Below, one piece after another: positions 36,440 to 49,357 of a stretch of DNA of 64,000 nucleotides. Origin of the DNA: Octopus vulgaris (taxonomy: Eukaryota); the NCBI GenBank assembly GCA_951406725.2, contig OX597816.1:10478001-10542000 (forward strand), given 5' to 3'. The translations under genes were made by a program, and so were the position numbers. The stretch's first letter is position 1; each line of letters begins with the position of its first letter. Below the pieces are notes generated by a model. That model saw only the letters and a program-made list of their open reading frames with translations, had not been told where the DNA came from and did no database searches.

Positions 36440-37063
36440 ACTGATCCAAAAGTAATAAACCTGTTCTAATACGATATCATAAAAAAGAAAGGAAACAAAG
36501 TATTTGAAATATCCGTACCAACTCCAAAACATGATAACAAATCTTAAAAAAGATTCTGAGGTATTTTGTAGGAAAATTTTGTATCCAGAAATTCTGCAAA
36601 AAAAGGATTACAAAGATCCATTAGTTGTGAAAAAACAAATGAGATTTTAGTCTTCAATGAATTGGAATAAACACTTAGAGGAATACGTAATGTGTCTGAA
36701 GAGTAAAAAGCATTGGAATGTTTACTGGAAGATTCCTCTGCAGTCATTAAAGAAGCTGGCAAAAGAGGAGCCGTTGTAATAATGGACAAAAACCATTCCT
36801 GGGAAATGGATTTAGAACAGATTAATGACCAACATTTCTACAAAAACTAATTTGAAACCTTTACTCTTTTAGTTGTTTCAGTCATTTGACTGCGGCCATG
36901 CTGGGGCACCGCCTTTTAGTCGAGCAAATCGACTCCAGGACTTATTCTTTGTAAGCCTAGTACTTATTCTATCGGTCTCTTTTTCCGAACCGCTAAGTAA
37001 CGGGGACATAAACACACCAGCATCGGTTGTCAAGTGATGTTGGGGGGACACACACACAAACAT

Positions 37064-37098
<35 letters not shown>

Positions 37099-37457
37099 CG
37101 ACAAGCTTCTTTCAGTTTCCGTCTACCAAATCCACTCACAAGGATTTGGTCGGCCCGAGGCTATAGTAGAAGACACTTTTCCAAGGTGCCACGCATTGGG
37201 ACTGAACCCTTTGCAGATAAACAAACAATAAAATTGGTAAATGAACAAATTCTAAAGCGATTTGACGGAAAAGGAGTTGGATTGCTTTATTAATTTTGAG
37301 GTATAAACAAGCAATTTTTATGAACTACCAGAAATTCATAAATCTAAAGGAATCCATAACAGCTTAAAGAATCTCCATACATCATACGTGAAGATTCCCA
37401 AACTGTCTGATTTAAAATTAGGCCCAATTATGGCAGGACCAACATCAAGCATGCATC
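36440..37457 (+). pseudogene. Penelope-like RT N-terminal region, split by SINE A (36860-37208, -)
   Basis: AVIKEAGKRGAVVIMDK...EQINDQHFY and SNFYELPEIHKS...DLKLGPIMAGP correspond to the PLE motifs IK.ADKG.AVV and FYGLPKIHK...RPIV. Confidence 0.88.
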
Positions 37458-37750
37458 TTTATGTTTAGCCCCTTGTGGGTAGTAAGAAATAGGTATTTCG
37501 TCTGCTGTTACGTTCTGAAATCCATTTGTCTGTCCTTGTTTGTCCTCTCTGTGTTTAGCCCCTTGTGGTAGTAAAGAAATAGGTATTTCATCTGTGTTTA
37601 TGTTATGAGTTCAAATTCCGCCGAGGCTGACTTTGCCTTTCATCCTTTCGGGGTCAATTAAATATAAATTTTCCAATTTATATTAATCTTTCATTATTTC
37701 ATTAATCTAATTTATATTAATCTGTCTCATCTTCCTTCTTCTAGTTTATA

Positions 37751-37978
37751 TTAACCCTTTTGTTACCAACCCAGCTGAAACCAGCTCTGGCTCTGAGTAC
37801 AAATGCCTTGTTTTCATAAGTTCTGAATTAAAACTTTCCACCAAACTTCAGTCCCAATTTATGTTCCTAACACTAGCTTAATGATAATGAAGTTATTTTA
37901 CTATATTCCTTGTTATATTTAAAGTAATTGAAAAAAACACAGAGCATCTCAGCAGAAATATGGTAACAAAAGGGTTAA
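37751..37978. mobile_element. piggyBac-type MITE
   Basis: TTAA-CCCTTTTGTTACC ... GGTAACAAAAGGG-TTAA: 13-bp perfect TIR and TTAA TSD. Confidence 0.92.
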
Positions 37979-38941
37979 TCTTTTGTCAAGGCAGCAAGCT
38001 TGCAGAATCATAATGCCAAACAAAATGTTTTGTGGCATTTCTTTTGACTTTATGTTCTGAGTTCAAATGTCTCTGCGGTCGACTTTGCCTTTCAGCCTCT
38101 TGGGGTAAATAAAATAAGTACCAGTTGAGCATTGGGGGTCAGTGTAATCGACTTACCCCTTCACATGAAATTGCTGGCTTCTTGCCAAAATTTGAAATCT
38201 TGTCACACTTTCTTTCCTTCTGGTTTATATTAAACTTTGTATCAATCCTGTTTGATTGAATGGTGCTCCAATAGAAAGAGAGAGGCTGCTTTATGCTACA
38301 AGCCAAGAGGTCAAAGCATGGAAAAAGGTACCAGAACAGGACATATTTCTTACATTACAGTGATACGGGTCACATCTTTTCTCACCTCTTTCATCTTCTG
38401 GTTTATAATAACCATTTGTCACGTATCTCTTTCCTGTTTATAATAATCATTTGTCAAAATCTCTCTCTTTTTTTTCCATTTATATTATCATTTGTCATAT
38501 CTTTCTTATATTGTCAATACACTTCATGTTTGAGCTTGTTTACTTTATATTACGATACTCCAATTCTTAAATGAAAAATATACCTCACTTGTGATAACTC
38601 TATCAATATTATTTCACCCCAGAGGTCAGAGAAAATATTCTCTTTTGTCAGTGAGGAATCTTTTCAACTAACTATCGAACGGAACCACTGTAGAATCACC
38701 ACAGGGATTATGCCAGCAATCAATATCAAACATTGACTCCAATCAATAACCAATATTGTCTTGTGGTGTTGTTTTCAATCAATCCTCTTTATTTTCTTTT
38801 ATAAACGGTTGTTTCGCTTGTTTGGTTTTTGTTATTTTTAACGTCTCCATTGTTACCTTTACGCAGATGAATTTATGGAAAAGTAAACATGAAGTTTAAC
38901 AAGTTGACACCATTTATAGGTGATGCGAAGAAACCAAGAAC

Positions 38942-38983
<42 letters not shown>

Positions 38984-39404
38984 AAAGACAGAGAGAGAAT
39001 GATGTGGGGGAAGATATTGGAGAGTGAATATGGGTTGACACCAAATTGTTCCATTCTAAAACTAAGTAGAGATTATCTATTAACCAAACATCAAATCACT
39101 GATTAAACCTATGTAACCTTTAGCTTTATCTTAACGAGAAACTTAGCTTTATAGTATAAACAACATTCAATTAAATTTGTGTATCTTAAAATTGTTGGAT
39201 GCATTTTGATTATTCATTATCATATTTATCATCATCATTGCATCAATGTTTTCTGTGCTTGCATGGTTCAGATGGAATTTGTTGAGACAGATGTTCTATG
39301 GCTGGATGCTCTTCCTGCTGCCAACTTTTACTTGTCTCTAAGCAAGGGGACATTATCCCATGGCCAGACATGTTTCCAAAGAAGATTGGAAATAAATGAC
39401 ACTG

Positions 39405-39893
39405 CGTGGTCGTTGCCAATGCCACCTGACTGGCTCCCATATATGTGGCACATAAGAAGCACCATTCAAGCTTAGTCGTTGCCAGTGCCGGCTGACTGGT
39501 CCCGTACCTGTGGCACATAAAAAGAACCATTCGAGCATGGTTGATGCCAGTACTGGTGGACTGGTCGCATACCTGTAGCATGTAAAAAGCACCTTTCAAG
39601 TGTGGTCAATACTAGTGTCAGCTCACTGATCCCATACCTGTGGCATGTACCAAGCACCATTTGAGCTTGGTCGATGCAAGTTCCACCTGACTGGCTCCCA
39701 TGCTGATGGCACGTAAAAAGCACCATTCAAGCATGGTCGATGCCAGTACCACCTGACTAGCCCTTGTGCTGGTGGCACATAAAAAGCACCCACTACACTC
39801 TCTGAGTGGTTGGTGTTAGGAAGGGCATCCAGCGGTAGAAACTTTGCCAGATCGGACTGGAGCCTGGTGCAGGCTTCTGGCTTGCCAGCCCCT
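39405..39893 (+). mobile_element. RTE 3' UTR with six tandem ~65-bp units
   Basis: Units TCG.TGCCAGT...GACTGG...GTGGCA.GTAAAAAGCACCATT..AG..TGG followed by the D body. Confidence 0.88.
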
Positions 39894-39899
39894 CACAAA

Positions 39900-40215
39900 T
39901 GATGAGAAAGTCATTATAAGAGGTATAAAAAAATAGCAAAGTATCAAGACCCAGCCATTGAGTTATGGATGTTTGGGGAAATGTGAGTAAAATGTGTCCC
40001 TGTAGTTATAGATGCATTAGGACCTATGGTCAACGGTTTGAACAGATGGATAGAGGAAATAGGCATAAAACCTAGTTTAGTGCAACTCCAGAAAACAGTG
40101 TTATTAGGGACAACTACAATATATTTAGGAAGGTTTTTGACATCTAAGGTTGATGTTAGGTATTTTGCTTTTCCAACAGTTTAATCTGTTGTGTGTATAT
40201 GAAATAATAATAATC
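39900..40215 (+). pseudogene. R4/Dong-like restriction-like endonuclease C-terminus and (TAA)n tail
   Basis: KIAKYQDPAIE...VPVVIDALG...WIEEIGIKPSLVQLQKTVLLGTT. Confidence 0.8.
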
Positions 40216-40450
40216 CATTCTACTTTAAGTACAAGGTCTGAATTTTTGTGGGAGGGAGTAAGTTGATTACATCAACCCCAGAACGCAACTGGTACTTATT
40301 TTATCGACTCCAAAAGGATGAAAGACAAAGTCAACCTCAGTGGAATTTCAACTCAGAAAATAAAGATGGACAGAATACGTTCAATATTTTTTCACTAATT
40401 TCATATTGTTCTTTGTTTAATATGCATGCAGTAGGCATACAACTTGCTTC

Positions 40451-40923
40451 TTAACCCTTTTGTTACCGTAATTATTTTGAGATGCTCTGTGTTTCTTTCA
40501 ATTACTTTCAATATAACAAAGAATTTAGTATAATAACTTAGTTATCATTCAGTTAGTGTTAGGAACATAAATTGTGACTAAGGTTTGGTGGAAGATTTTA
40601 ATTCAAAACTTATGAAAATAAGACATTTGTACTCAGAGCCAAAGGTGATTTCAGCCAGGTTGGTATCAAAAGGGTAAAAAATATCATGGTGACTTTAACC
40701 CTTTTGTTACCCTATTTCTGTTGAGATGCTCTGTGTTTCTTTCAATTAATTTTAAATATAACAAAGAATTTAGTAAAATAACTTACTTATCATTAAGCTA
40801 GTGTTAGGCACATAAATTGTGACTAAGGTTTGGTGGAAGATTTTAATTCAAAACTTATGAAGACAAGACATTTGTACTCAGAGCCAGAACTGGCTTCAGC
40901 TGGATTGGTAACGAAAGTGTTAA
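40451..40923. mobile_element. two tandem piggyBac-type MITEs (40451-40678, 40695-40923), inverted relative to 37751
   Basis: Each starts TTAACCCTTTTGTTACC; same internal sequence as 37751-37978. Confidence 0.92.
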
Positions 40924-41919
40924 ACCTTTCATTTTTTTCCCTCATTTAGACTTCCCATAGCTTTCACTTTTTACTTCTAATGAGTGACTTTTGCAGAAAT
41001 TGTATTGTTCACATTGAAGATATATATGGACGGTTGGCACTGAATTTGTACATTGCTGCAGTAATGTATCATTATTTGGAGTTTCGTTTAAGGCAAACTT
41101 GCTAACCCATATTTATTGGTGTAATCGAATAGTCCCTTTCCCTGAGATTTCAGACCTTGTGCCTGTTGTGGGAAATAAGACCCATGAGGTGGGGGTGTTT
41201 GCTGCAGCAAGTGTCACAGACCATTCTCTGAAGCAATGCCAATGTAGTCATGTCTGTAGGGTGTGGGTCATGCCATTTGTCCTGGAGTGTATAACCCACT
41301 ACTCTCCCCACCTCTTTCATCTTTTGCTGCTTAATTCTCCACCTCCTTTTTTCCTTTCTTTCTGTTTTTTTTGTGGATTCCTTGTAATAAAACTTTGATT
41401 CAGTCTTTATGTAAATAAAGCTATCAATTTCATTAAAAAAAAAAAAGAAAGAACAAGAATTAGTATATAATTTAATGTTTAAGAACTGTGTTCATGACTT
41501 TCGCAGACGCTCCAAGGCTGGTGGAATTGTTGTTTTGATGTTCAGCTTCCTAACCATAATCTGAATCTTTGAACTAGTTTGTGTCATCTTACTACCCACG
41601 CTATTTATTAACTAATCTGCCTCCAGTCCTGTTAACAGTCATCAAAAAACATTGAGAATGAAAGATATCAACCAACTTATTCACAGGATAAAAGGTTAAT
41701 ATATAAAATACTGCAAAGCAAATATTCCAATTCTGAGCTGGCATCGGTTGGATGATTGACAGGAAGGCTGCACCAGGCTTCAGTCATCTGTCTAGGCATG
41801 GTTTCTACAACTGGATGCTCTTTCTAATGCCAATCGTTTTACAAAGTGCACTGGGTGCTTTTTATGTGGCACCAACACCAATGCATTTTCCAGCACCATC
41901 ACCAACAGGGTCACCAATC

Positions 41920-42333
41920 TTATTTCTTTATTGCCCACAAGGGGCTAAACATAGAGGGGACAAACAAGGACAGACAAAGGTATTAAGTCGGTTACATTGA
42001 CCCCAGTGCGTAACTGGTACTACTTAATTTATCGACCCTGAAAGGATGAAAGGCAAAGTCGACCTTGGCGGAATTTGAACTCAGAACATAACAGCAGACG
42101 AAATACCTATTTCTTTACTACCCACAAGGGGCTAAACACAGAGGTGACAAACAAGGACAGACAAATGGATTGAGTCGATTACATCGACCCCAGTGAGTAA
42201 CTGGTACTTATTTAAGTGACCCCGAAATGATAAAAGGCAAAGTCGACCTCGGTGGAATTTGAACTCAGAACGTAACAGCAGACGAAATACCGCTAAGCAT
42301 TTCGCCCAACATGATAACGTTTCTGCCAGCTTG
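41920..42333 (-). mobile_element. SINE family B dimer
   Basis: Same fixed junction as the other dimers. Confidence 0.9.
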
Positions 42334-42894
42334 CAAGACAAAATCCCCTCTTCTAGAAGGGGGGGAGGGCTAGTATTGAAGGGGTATGGCTTTGAGCCAT
42401 TTGAGGAATTTAAGACACAGAGGGAACAGATACAGGTGTCTTGTTGAAGAGTAGATACATGGATACCTCAGTCATCGAAATTCATTGAAAATGAATATCA
42501 ACCATCTCACTTGGAGTACAAAGGTTGAAGATATAATTCTTCAAGGGAACTCTGAAATATCCTTTTGATTCAAAGAAACTTAACAGACATTAATTTCCAT
42601 TTCTGCTCACACACTCCAGTATCTTCCACTTTGTTTGAAAATACATTGCTGTTATTTATAAGTTTTCGAGCTGTGCTTACCGAAAATCCATTAAATTATT
42701 TGTTGATGCATATTAATTTGTAAAGAAAAATTAATAACCTTATGAGAAATTGAATTACTTTCTCTAATTCTCTATATTTAATTTCATTCTGATTTTATTT
42801 ACTGTAGCTTGAGGGCATTAACGTGTGGGATTCTGTACATGAAATTGTTATTAACATTGTCATCATCATACTTATCAGAATTAATATTAGTATT

Positions 42895-43079
42895 ATATAT
42901 ATATGTACATATACATACATATGTATGTATGTATGTATGTATGTATGAGTAAAAGATTAATATATATATATATATATATATGTATATGTAAAAGATAAAT
43001 ACATATATGTATAAGTAAAAGAAATATATATATATATATACACATATATGTATAAGTAAAAGATAAATATATATATATG

Positions 43080-43124
<45 letters not shown>

Positions 43125-43179
43125 AACTAAAAGATATATATGTATATATATATGAGTGTGTGTGTAAATAAAAGTTATT

Positions 43180-43212
<33 letters not shown>
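42895..43212. repeat. (TA)/(TATG) microsatellite with recurring AGTAAAAGA motif
   Basis: Directly visible. Confidence 0.9.
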
Positions 43213-43215
<3 letters not shown>

Positions 43216-43217
43216 TT

Positions 43218-43427
43218 AGCTGGCAGAAACATTAGCACACCGAACGAAATGCGTAGCCGTATTTTGTCTGCCGTTACATTCTGGGTTCAAATTCCGCCGA
43301 GGTCGACTTTGCCTTTCATCCTATCAAGGTCAATAAATTAAGTACCAGTTATGCACTGGGGACGATGTAATCGATTTAATTCGTTTGTTCCCTCTATGTT
43401 TAGCCCCTTGGGGGTAATAAAGAAACA
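43218..43427 (+). mobile_element. SINE family B monomer
   Basis: Head, core and tail 1. Confidence 0.88.
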
Positions 43428-43551
43428 CATATATATATGTGTGTGTAAAAGGTATGTGTTTATCATTGTTTACTTGTTTCACTCATTAAACTGCAGTCAT
43501 GCTGGAGTACTGCCTTGAAGACATTTTAGTTAAATGAATTGACGCAAGTCA

Positions 43552-43887
43552 ATGAACACAACCAGCACTCAAGTTCAGAGATATATTGGGTCACCCAGAA
43601 CTGTCTTTAAGTGGCATCTATACAACCACAGGCCCTCTTTCAGGGTTCTGAAAAGACGGTATGTCATGTCCCTGGCCAGCCATATGTGGCACCTTAAGGA
43701 TGAAGGAACCCCATACAAAATTAAATGGAGGATTATAGAACAGCCAGGGTCTTACATAAACGGGAGTGAATGATGCAAGCTTTGCATAGTAGAGGGAGAA
43801 TCCCTGGACCCAGAATCTCTCTCAAACTCTAGACATGAGGTTTATAGCCTCTGCCCCCATTTCAAATGCTACCTGTTGCAAGCATAG
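43552..43887 (+). pseudogene. PLE GIY-YIG endonuclease C-terminal fragment
   Basis: RYIGSPRTVFKWHLYNHRPSF...SLASHMWHLKD...IKWRII...SY..GSE*CKLCIVE...NSRHEVYSLCPH. Confidence 0.88.
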
Positions 43888-43929
43888 AATGTCCCATTTG
43901 TCAGTCTAATGTAAGTCTAAAAGATGTGC

Positions 43930-44092
43930 AAGTCGTTTAGGAAAAGATTATGGTACTAAATATGGGAGTTTTGTTACATCCTCCTTACTCTCTTGACCTT
44001 GCTCCACCTGACTATCACCTTTCCAGATAATTGCAACATTATTTAGAGAGGAAACTATTTATTTCTGAAGAGGTTGCAAGACATTTTTTCCA
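43930..44092 (+). pseudogene. mariner transposase fragment
   Basis: WEFLLHPPYSLDLAPPDYHL. Confidence 0.85.
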
Positions 44093-44098
44093 AGTATA

Positions 44099-44802
44099 GG
44101 CATAGGAGTGGCTGTGTGATAAGTAGCTTGCTAACCAACCACATGGTTCCGGGTTCAGTCCCACTGTGTGGCACATTGGGCAAATGTCTTCTACTATAGC
44201 CTCGGGCCGACCAAAGCCTTGTGAGTGGATTTGGTAGATGGAAACTGAAAGAAGCCTGTCATATATATGTATATATATATATATACATATGTGGGTGTGT
44301 GTGTATATGTTTGTGTGTCTGTGTTTGTTGTCCCAACATTGCTTGAAATGCTAGTGTGTTTACATCCCTGTAACTTAGCGGTTCGGCAAAGAGACCGATA
44401 GAATAAGTACCTAGGCTTACAAAGAATAAGTCCTGGGGTTGATTTGCTCGACTAAAAGGTGATGCTCCAGCATGACCACAGTCACATGACAGAAACAAGT
44501 AAAAGAGTAAAAGAGAACTATTATATATAATATTGTGTAGGGACTGGCATGTCAAAGAACAGACCCATTGTTTTCTCTGCATGTTGTAAAGGGCAACTAA
44601 AAGAAGTTAAGGTAGGATTTCCAATCCAACCTCATAAAACCCTCACCAACAACAAATACCTAAACAAATCCGTAGGTTAGAGGGCTCTCACCTGAACGGT
44701 CGAAGGTGTTATTTGCCAGTGGGGAATCACCAACAAATGGTGGATGCAGTGATGCACTTTTACAGCACATACCCCCATATTACTCTATGACATTATGTGT
44801 GT

Positions 44803-44838
<36 letters not shown>

Positions 44839-45668
44839 CTGTTTCAGTACTTGGACTGTGGCCATGCAGAAGCACCTCCTTGAAGGGTTTTAGCTGAATG
44901 AATCAACCATAGTACTTGTGTTTCTAAGCCTGGTCATCATTCTGTCAATCTCTTTTGCCAAACTGTTAAGTTATAGGGATATGACCAAAGCAGCACCAGC
45001 TGTCAAGTGGTGGTGGGGGACAAACACACACAAAGATACATACACATACATACATGTGTATATATGTAATGGGATTTTTGCAGTTTCCAAATCCAGTCAC
45101 AAGGTTTTCATCAACCTTGGGCTAAAGAAGCAAGATGCTTACCCAAGGTGCCAAGCAGCAAACTGAACCTGGAACCATGTGGTTGGGAAGCAAACTTATT
45201 ACCACATAGCCATATTTATGTATACATGTATGTGCATATATATATATATACATTATATATATAGGCGTAGGAGTGGCTGTGTGGTAAGTAGCTTGTTTAC
45301 CAACCACATGGTTCTAGGTTCAGTTCCACTGTGTGGCAACTTGGGCACGTGTCTACTATAGCCTCGGGTTGATCAAAGCCTTGTGAGTGGATTTGGTAGA
45401 TGGAAACTGAAAGAAGCCTGTCATATATATGTATATATATATATGTGTGTGTGTATATGTTTGTGTGTCTGTGTTTGTCCCTCCAACATCGCTTGACAAC
45501 TGATGCTGGTGTGTTTACGTCACCGTAACTTAGTGGTTTGGCAAAAGAGAGCGATAGAATAAGTACTAGGCTTACAAAGAATAAGTCCTGGGGTTGATTT
45601 GCTCGACTAAAGGCGGTGCTCCAGCATGGCCACAGTTAAATGACTGAAACAAGTAAAAGACTAAAGAG

Positions 45669-45669
<1 letters not shown>
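44099..45669. mobile_element. three SINE A copies (44099-44515 +, 44815-45215 -, 45264-45669 +)
   Basis: Family A motifs in alternating orientation. Confidence 0.9.
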
Positions 45670-45700
<31 letters not shown>

Positions 45701-46611
45701 AGAGAGACAGACAGATAGATAGATATGTATATACAAAGAGAAAGAGATCTAAATCACACGTGACTTCAATAAAAATTCTACAAAGGTCACACTGCAATTT
45801 TTTCCTCCTTTTTTTTCCCCGTGTTACCTGATATTTGATAATTCTTTCATCTAATTTGAGGATTGCATTATTTGAATTCAGAAAGGTCTCTGTGGACATT
45901 TCCAAAACACCCGTATTATTGGAAAATTCTATTCAATTTTTTTTTTTTTATTATTCTTTTATATAAATAAATGTGTAGCAATAACAATAATTTATGTGTT
46001 TGATAAATGGTGAAAAATGAAACTATCAATGCACAACATTAAACTATAAGCTCTTACAATAATATTTGTTTTAATCCTATAATTTCAAACAATACTTCTC
46101 ATAAAAATGTTCTCAAATACAATAGAAAAAATTTTAAGTACTCCATTTTGCATTTAAAATTTCTTTTTTACCTTGCAGAACAAAACGCGAAACAATATAA
46201 ATTTCGTTGTTATAGTAAAAAGGTAAAAAAGTAAAGAAAAATATTTCACCTTAATAACCTGTGAAATAATCATAATCACTTGTTTGATAGGGTATATCTA
46301 AAACTGTTCAAAGTCTGTATGAAAATTAATAATGGTTGATGTAAATGTTGGTTGCTTGATTGGTTGTTTTGTTGGTTGATTCCTCTAGTCACACTTTGCA
46401 ATGTATAAAGTAACTAACTGAGGAAAAGAATTCCTTCAAAGGTGTGTGCTGAACACCCAATTCACTGGTACGTCAGTTGGATACCATATAAATATGGGTA
46501 TAATTCAATTATAAAGACAAATCAAATAGATATACTATTAACAATCCAATAATTTATTTATATTGTATTACAATATTACATAATATACTATGAATATAAT
46601 ATAACATAAAA

Positions 46612-47300
46612 GTGCCGGTGGCACATAAAAAGCACCATCCGATCGTGGCCGTTTGCCAGACTCGTCTGGCACGTAAAAAGCACCTACTACACTCATGGAG
46701 TGGTTGGCATTAGGAAGGGCATCCAGCCGTAGAAACATTGCCAGATCAAACTGGGCCTGGTGCAGCCTTCAGGCTTCCCAGACCCCAATTGAACCGTCCA
46801 ACCCATGCTAGCATGGAAAGTGGACGCTAAACGATGATGATGATGATGATGATAAACAAATATTAAAAAACCCAAAAAAGCCAACAAATTGTTTCGGCTT
46901 ATTTACATTTTCTGATATATATGCACAATAGCAGTTTCCTTATGTATAAGTCACTTCAGGGTCATGGTTTAAAGATAGACTAAATTCCATGACTATACAA
47001 GAGAGTTGAAAATTTAGTGCCGCTGCACTGGCACCTGTGCAGGTGGCATGTAAAAAACACCACTTGAGTGTGGCCATTGCCAGTACTGCCTTGTTGGCCC
47101 TCATGCCAGTGGCATGTAAAAGCACCCACTACACTCTCGGAGTGGTTGGCGTTAGGAAGGGATTCCAGCTATAGAAACTCTGCCAGATGAAGACTGGAGC
47201 CAGGTGCAGCCATCTGGTTCATCAGTCCTCAGTCATTCGTCCAACCCATGCTAGCATGGAAAGCAGACGTTAAACGATGATGATGATGATGATGTTGATG
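46612..47300 (+). mobile_element. two RTE 3' UTR copies (46612-46852, 47025-47300)
   Basis: D-family body and (GAT)n tails. Confidence 0.87.
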
Positions 47301-48499
47301 AGTTGCATGGTGAAAACATTTCCATTTGTTTCACCATTCAAACTCCTGGATGCTTCTCATCAATTGAGGGGAAAAGTCCCCAGTTGACATCTAGGGGCTT
47401 CAACAATATTTTGAAGAAATTCATATTCTTGGAAAAAAAGACAGCACAGTTGACATGATCAATCATTACTTAATACTCTTACAAGGAATAGGTTTATCCT
47501 TTTAAAAATGAATGCTTATGACATAAACATCTAATTTAAACATTTATATTGGCCTGGTCAAGATAATTAGAGTCATTATCAGATCACATTTAAATGTTTA
47601 TTCTGAGATGTTTTATGAAATGGTCATCTTCTTATTGATGCTTGAATGATAATTCTATAAAATGGTGTTGTTGTCATGCCAAAGAATGTTAAAACTGTTA
47701 TTTCCTCCAAAAGAATTCAAATTGTTCTGTTGCACTGTACAAATAGAGACATCTTGGCTTATATAAGAGATGTCATATACAATTTGAAAAAATAAATTAA
47801 TTTTTCATCTCTGCAAACATTTATTTTCTTATAAATAATTGCATGTATTTTCTTATAATTACATTTATTTATTTTTTTAAACAAATAGCCTGAAAATAGA
47901 TTGAAAATATATTTTATCATTATATAATTTATTATTATTTTATAAATACAATAAGTTGTTTAAAATAATTAGTTTTCTCCATTTTTTACAATGAATGAAT
48001 CTTTCAATGAATTTCATGTTAGCTAATATGTTTGTGATTAATTTGTCTTTCTACTAATTTGTTTCTCAATGAATATATTTTCCTAACGATGTCTTTCGAC
48101 CAATTTAACTTTCAGCCAATATGCTTTCAATCGATATACATTTTGATGATTATGTTTTCAATGAATGGCCTTACCTAATTCAATCTGAACTCATTACACA
48201 AGCTAATATCACACACTTAAAAAATAACAATTATCTCAGATTTTTTCCTCTGCTTCTACTGATCTTTCATATTCAGTTCTCATATCTAACAACTAAACTA
48301 TGTCCTACTCCTAATAAATACTTTTACAGTCATTCATTTCCACAGAGAAACTCTTTGTTTCCAAAGAAGGCTAATAGCTCTTTGAATGACGAAAGACCAA
48401 AACCTCTGGAGATATGCTGTGACTTCGAAGATCCAACAAATGAAGTGAGTTCATGGCTTGCAGGACAGCCCGCTGTGCTAACCATGGATTGTAGAGTGA

Positions 48500-48900
48500 C
48501 CTGCTGTTCTTGAGGAGACCTATTGAGTCATGTACGTTAACACCAACATCAAAATGAAAATCAAATGGAAATTGTAGTTAAGATAACCCGTGCCGGTGAC
48601 ACGTTAAAAGCACTGTCTGAACGTGGCCGATGCCAGCACTGCCTGACTGGCATCCGTGTCGGTGACACATAAAAGCACCAACCAATTGTGGCCGTTGCCA
48701 GCCTCCTCTGACTCCTGTGCCGGTGGCACGTAAAAAGCACCCACTACACTCACGGAGTGGTTGGCGTTAGGAAGGGCATCCAGCTGTAGAAACACTGCCA
48801 GATCAGACTCGTGCCTGGTGCAGCCTCCTGGCTTCCCAGACCCCGGTCGAACTGTTCAACCCATGCTAGCATGGTAAACGGACGTTAAACGATGATGATG
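48500..48900 (+). mobile_element. RTE 3' end with 3 tandem units
   Basis: GCTGT.CTTGAGGAGACC ORF-end-like motif, tandem units, D tail. Confidence 0.85.
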
Positions 48901-49357
48901 CTTAAACTGCATTACTGACAATTACAGTTGTCTTCTATAATTAAGTGTGACTTAATAAAACAATGCAATGTGCTTTTATGTGTTAACAATAGCTAAGGAG
49001 CTTGAAATGCATTCATCAGTCTACAAGGGGCACTCTCAAATGATTGCCAGTGTTTTTATTACCTGTGCATAAAGCAAGAATTTTCTCCTCAGCAAACTGC
49101 AGCAAACATTTTTCTTTGTACTTGAAAATTATGAAGAATTTAATAAAATAACAATGTTGTTACGTTTGTGATTAGAACATAAATTAATGTAAAATTTTGA
49201 GGAAAGGTTTTAATTCTGAAAATTTTAATACTTTTGTTGTTATAGTTCAGTTGAAATGCGTTGCCTTCATTTAAAATAACTTTGAGAATAATAAAGAATT
49301 TAGTGAAATATCTTTGTTGTTATTCAGCTGGTGTCTGGAACATATACTGATTTCCAA

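Noticed and set aside
48121-48513. 130-aa ORF in AT-rich DNA
   Set aside because: No recognisable domain; its 3' part runs into an RTE end
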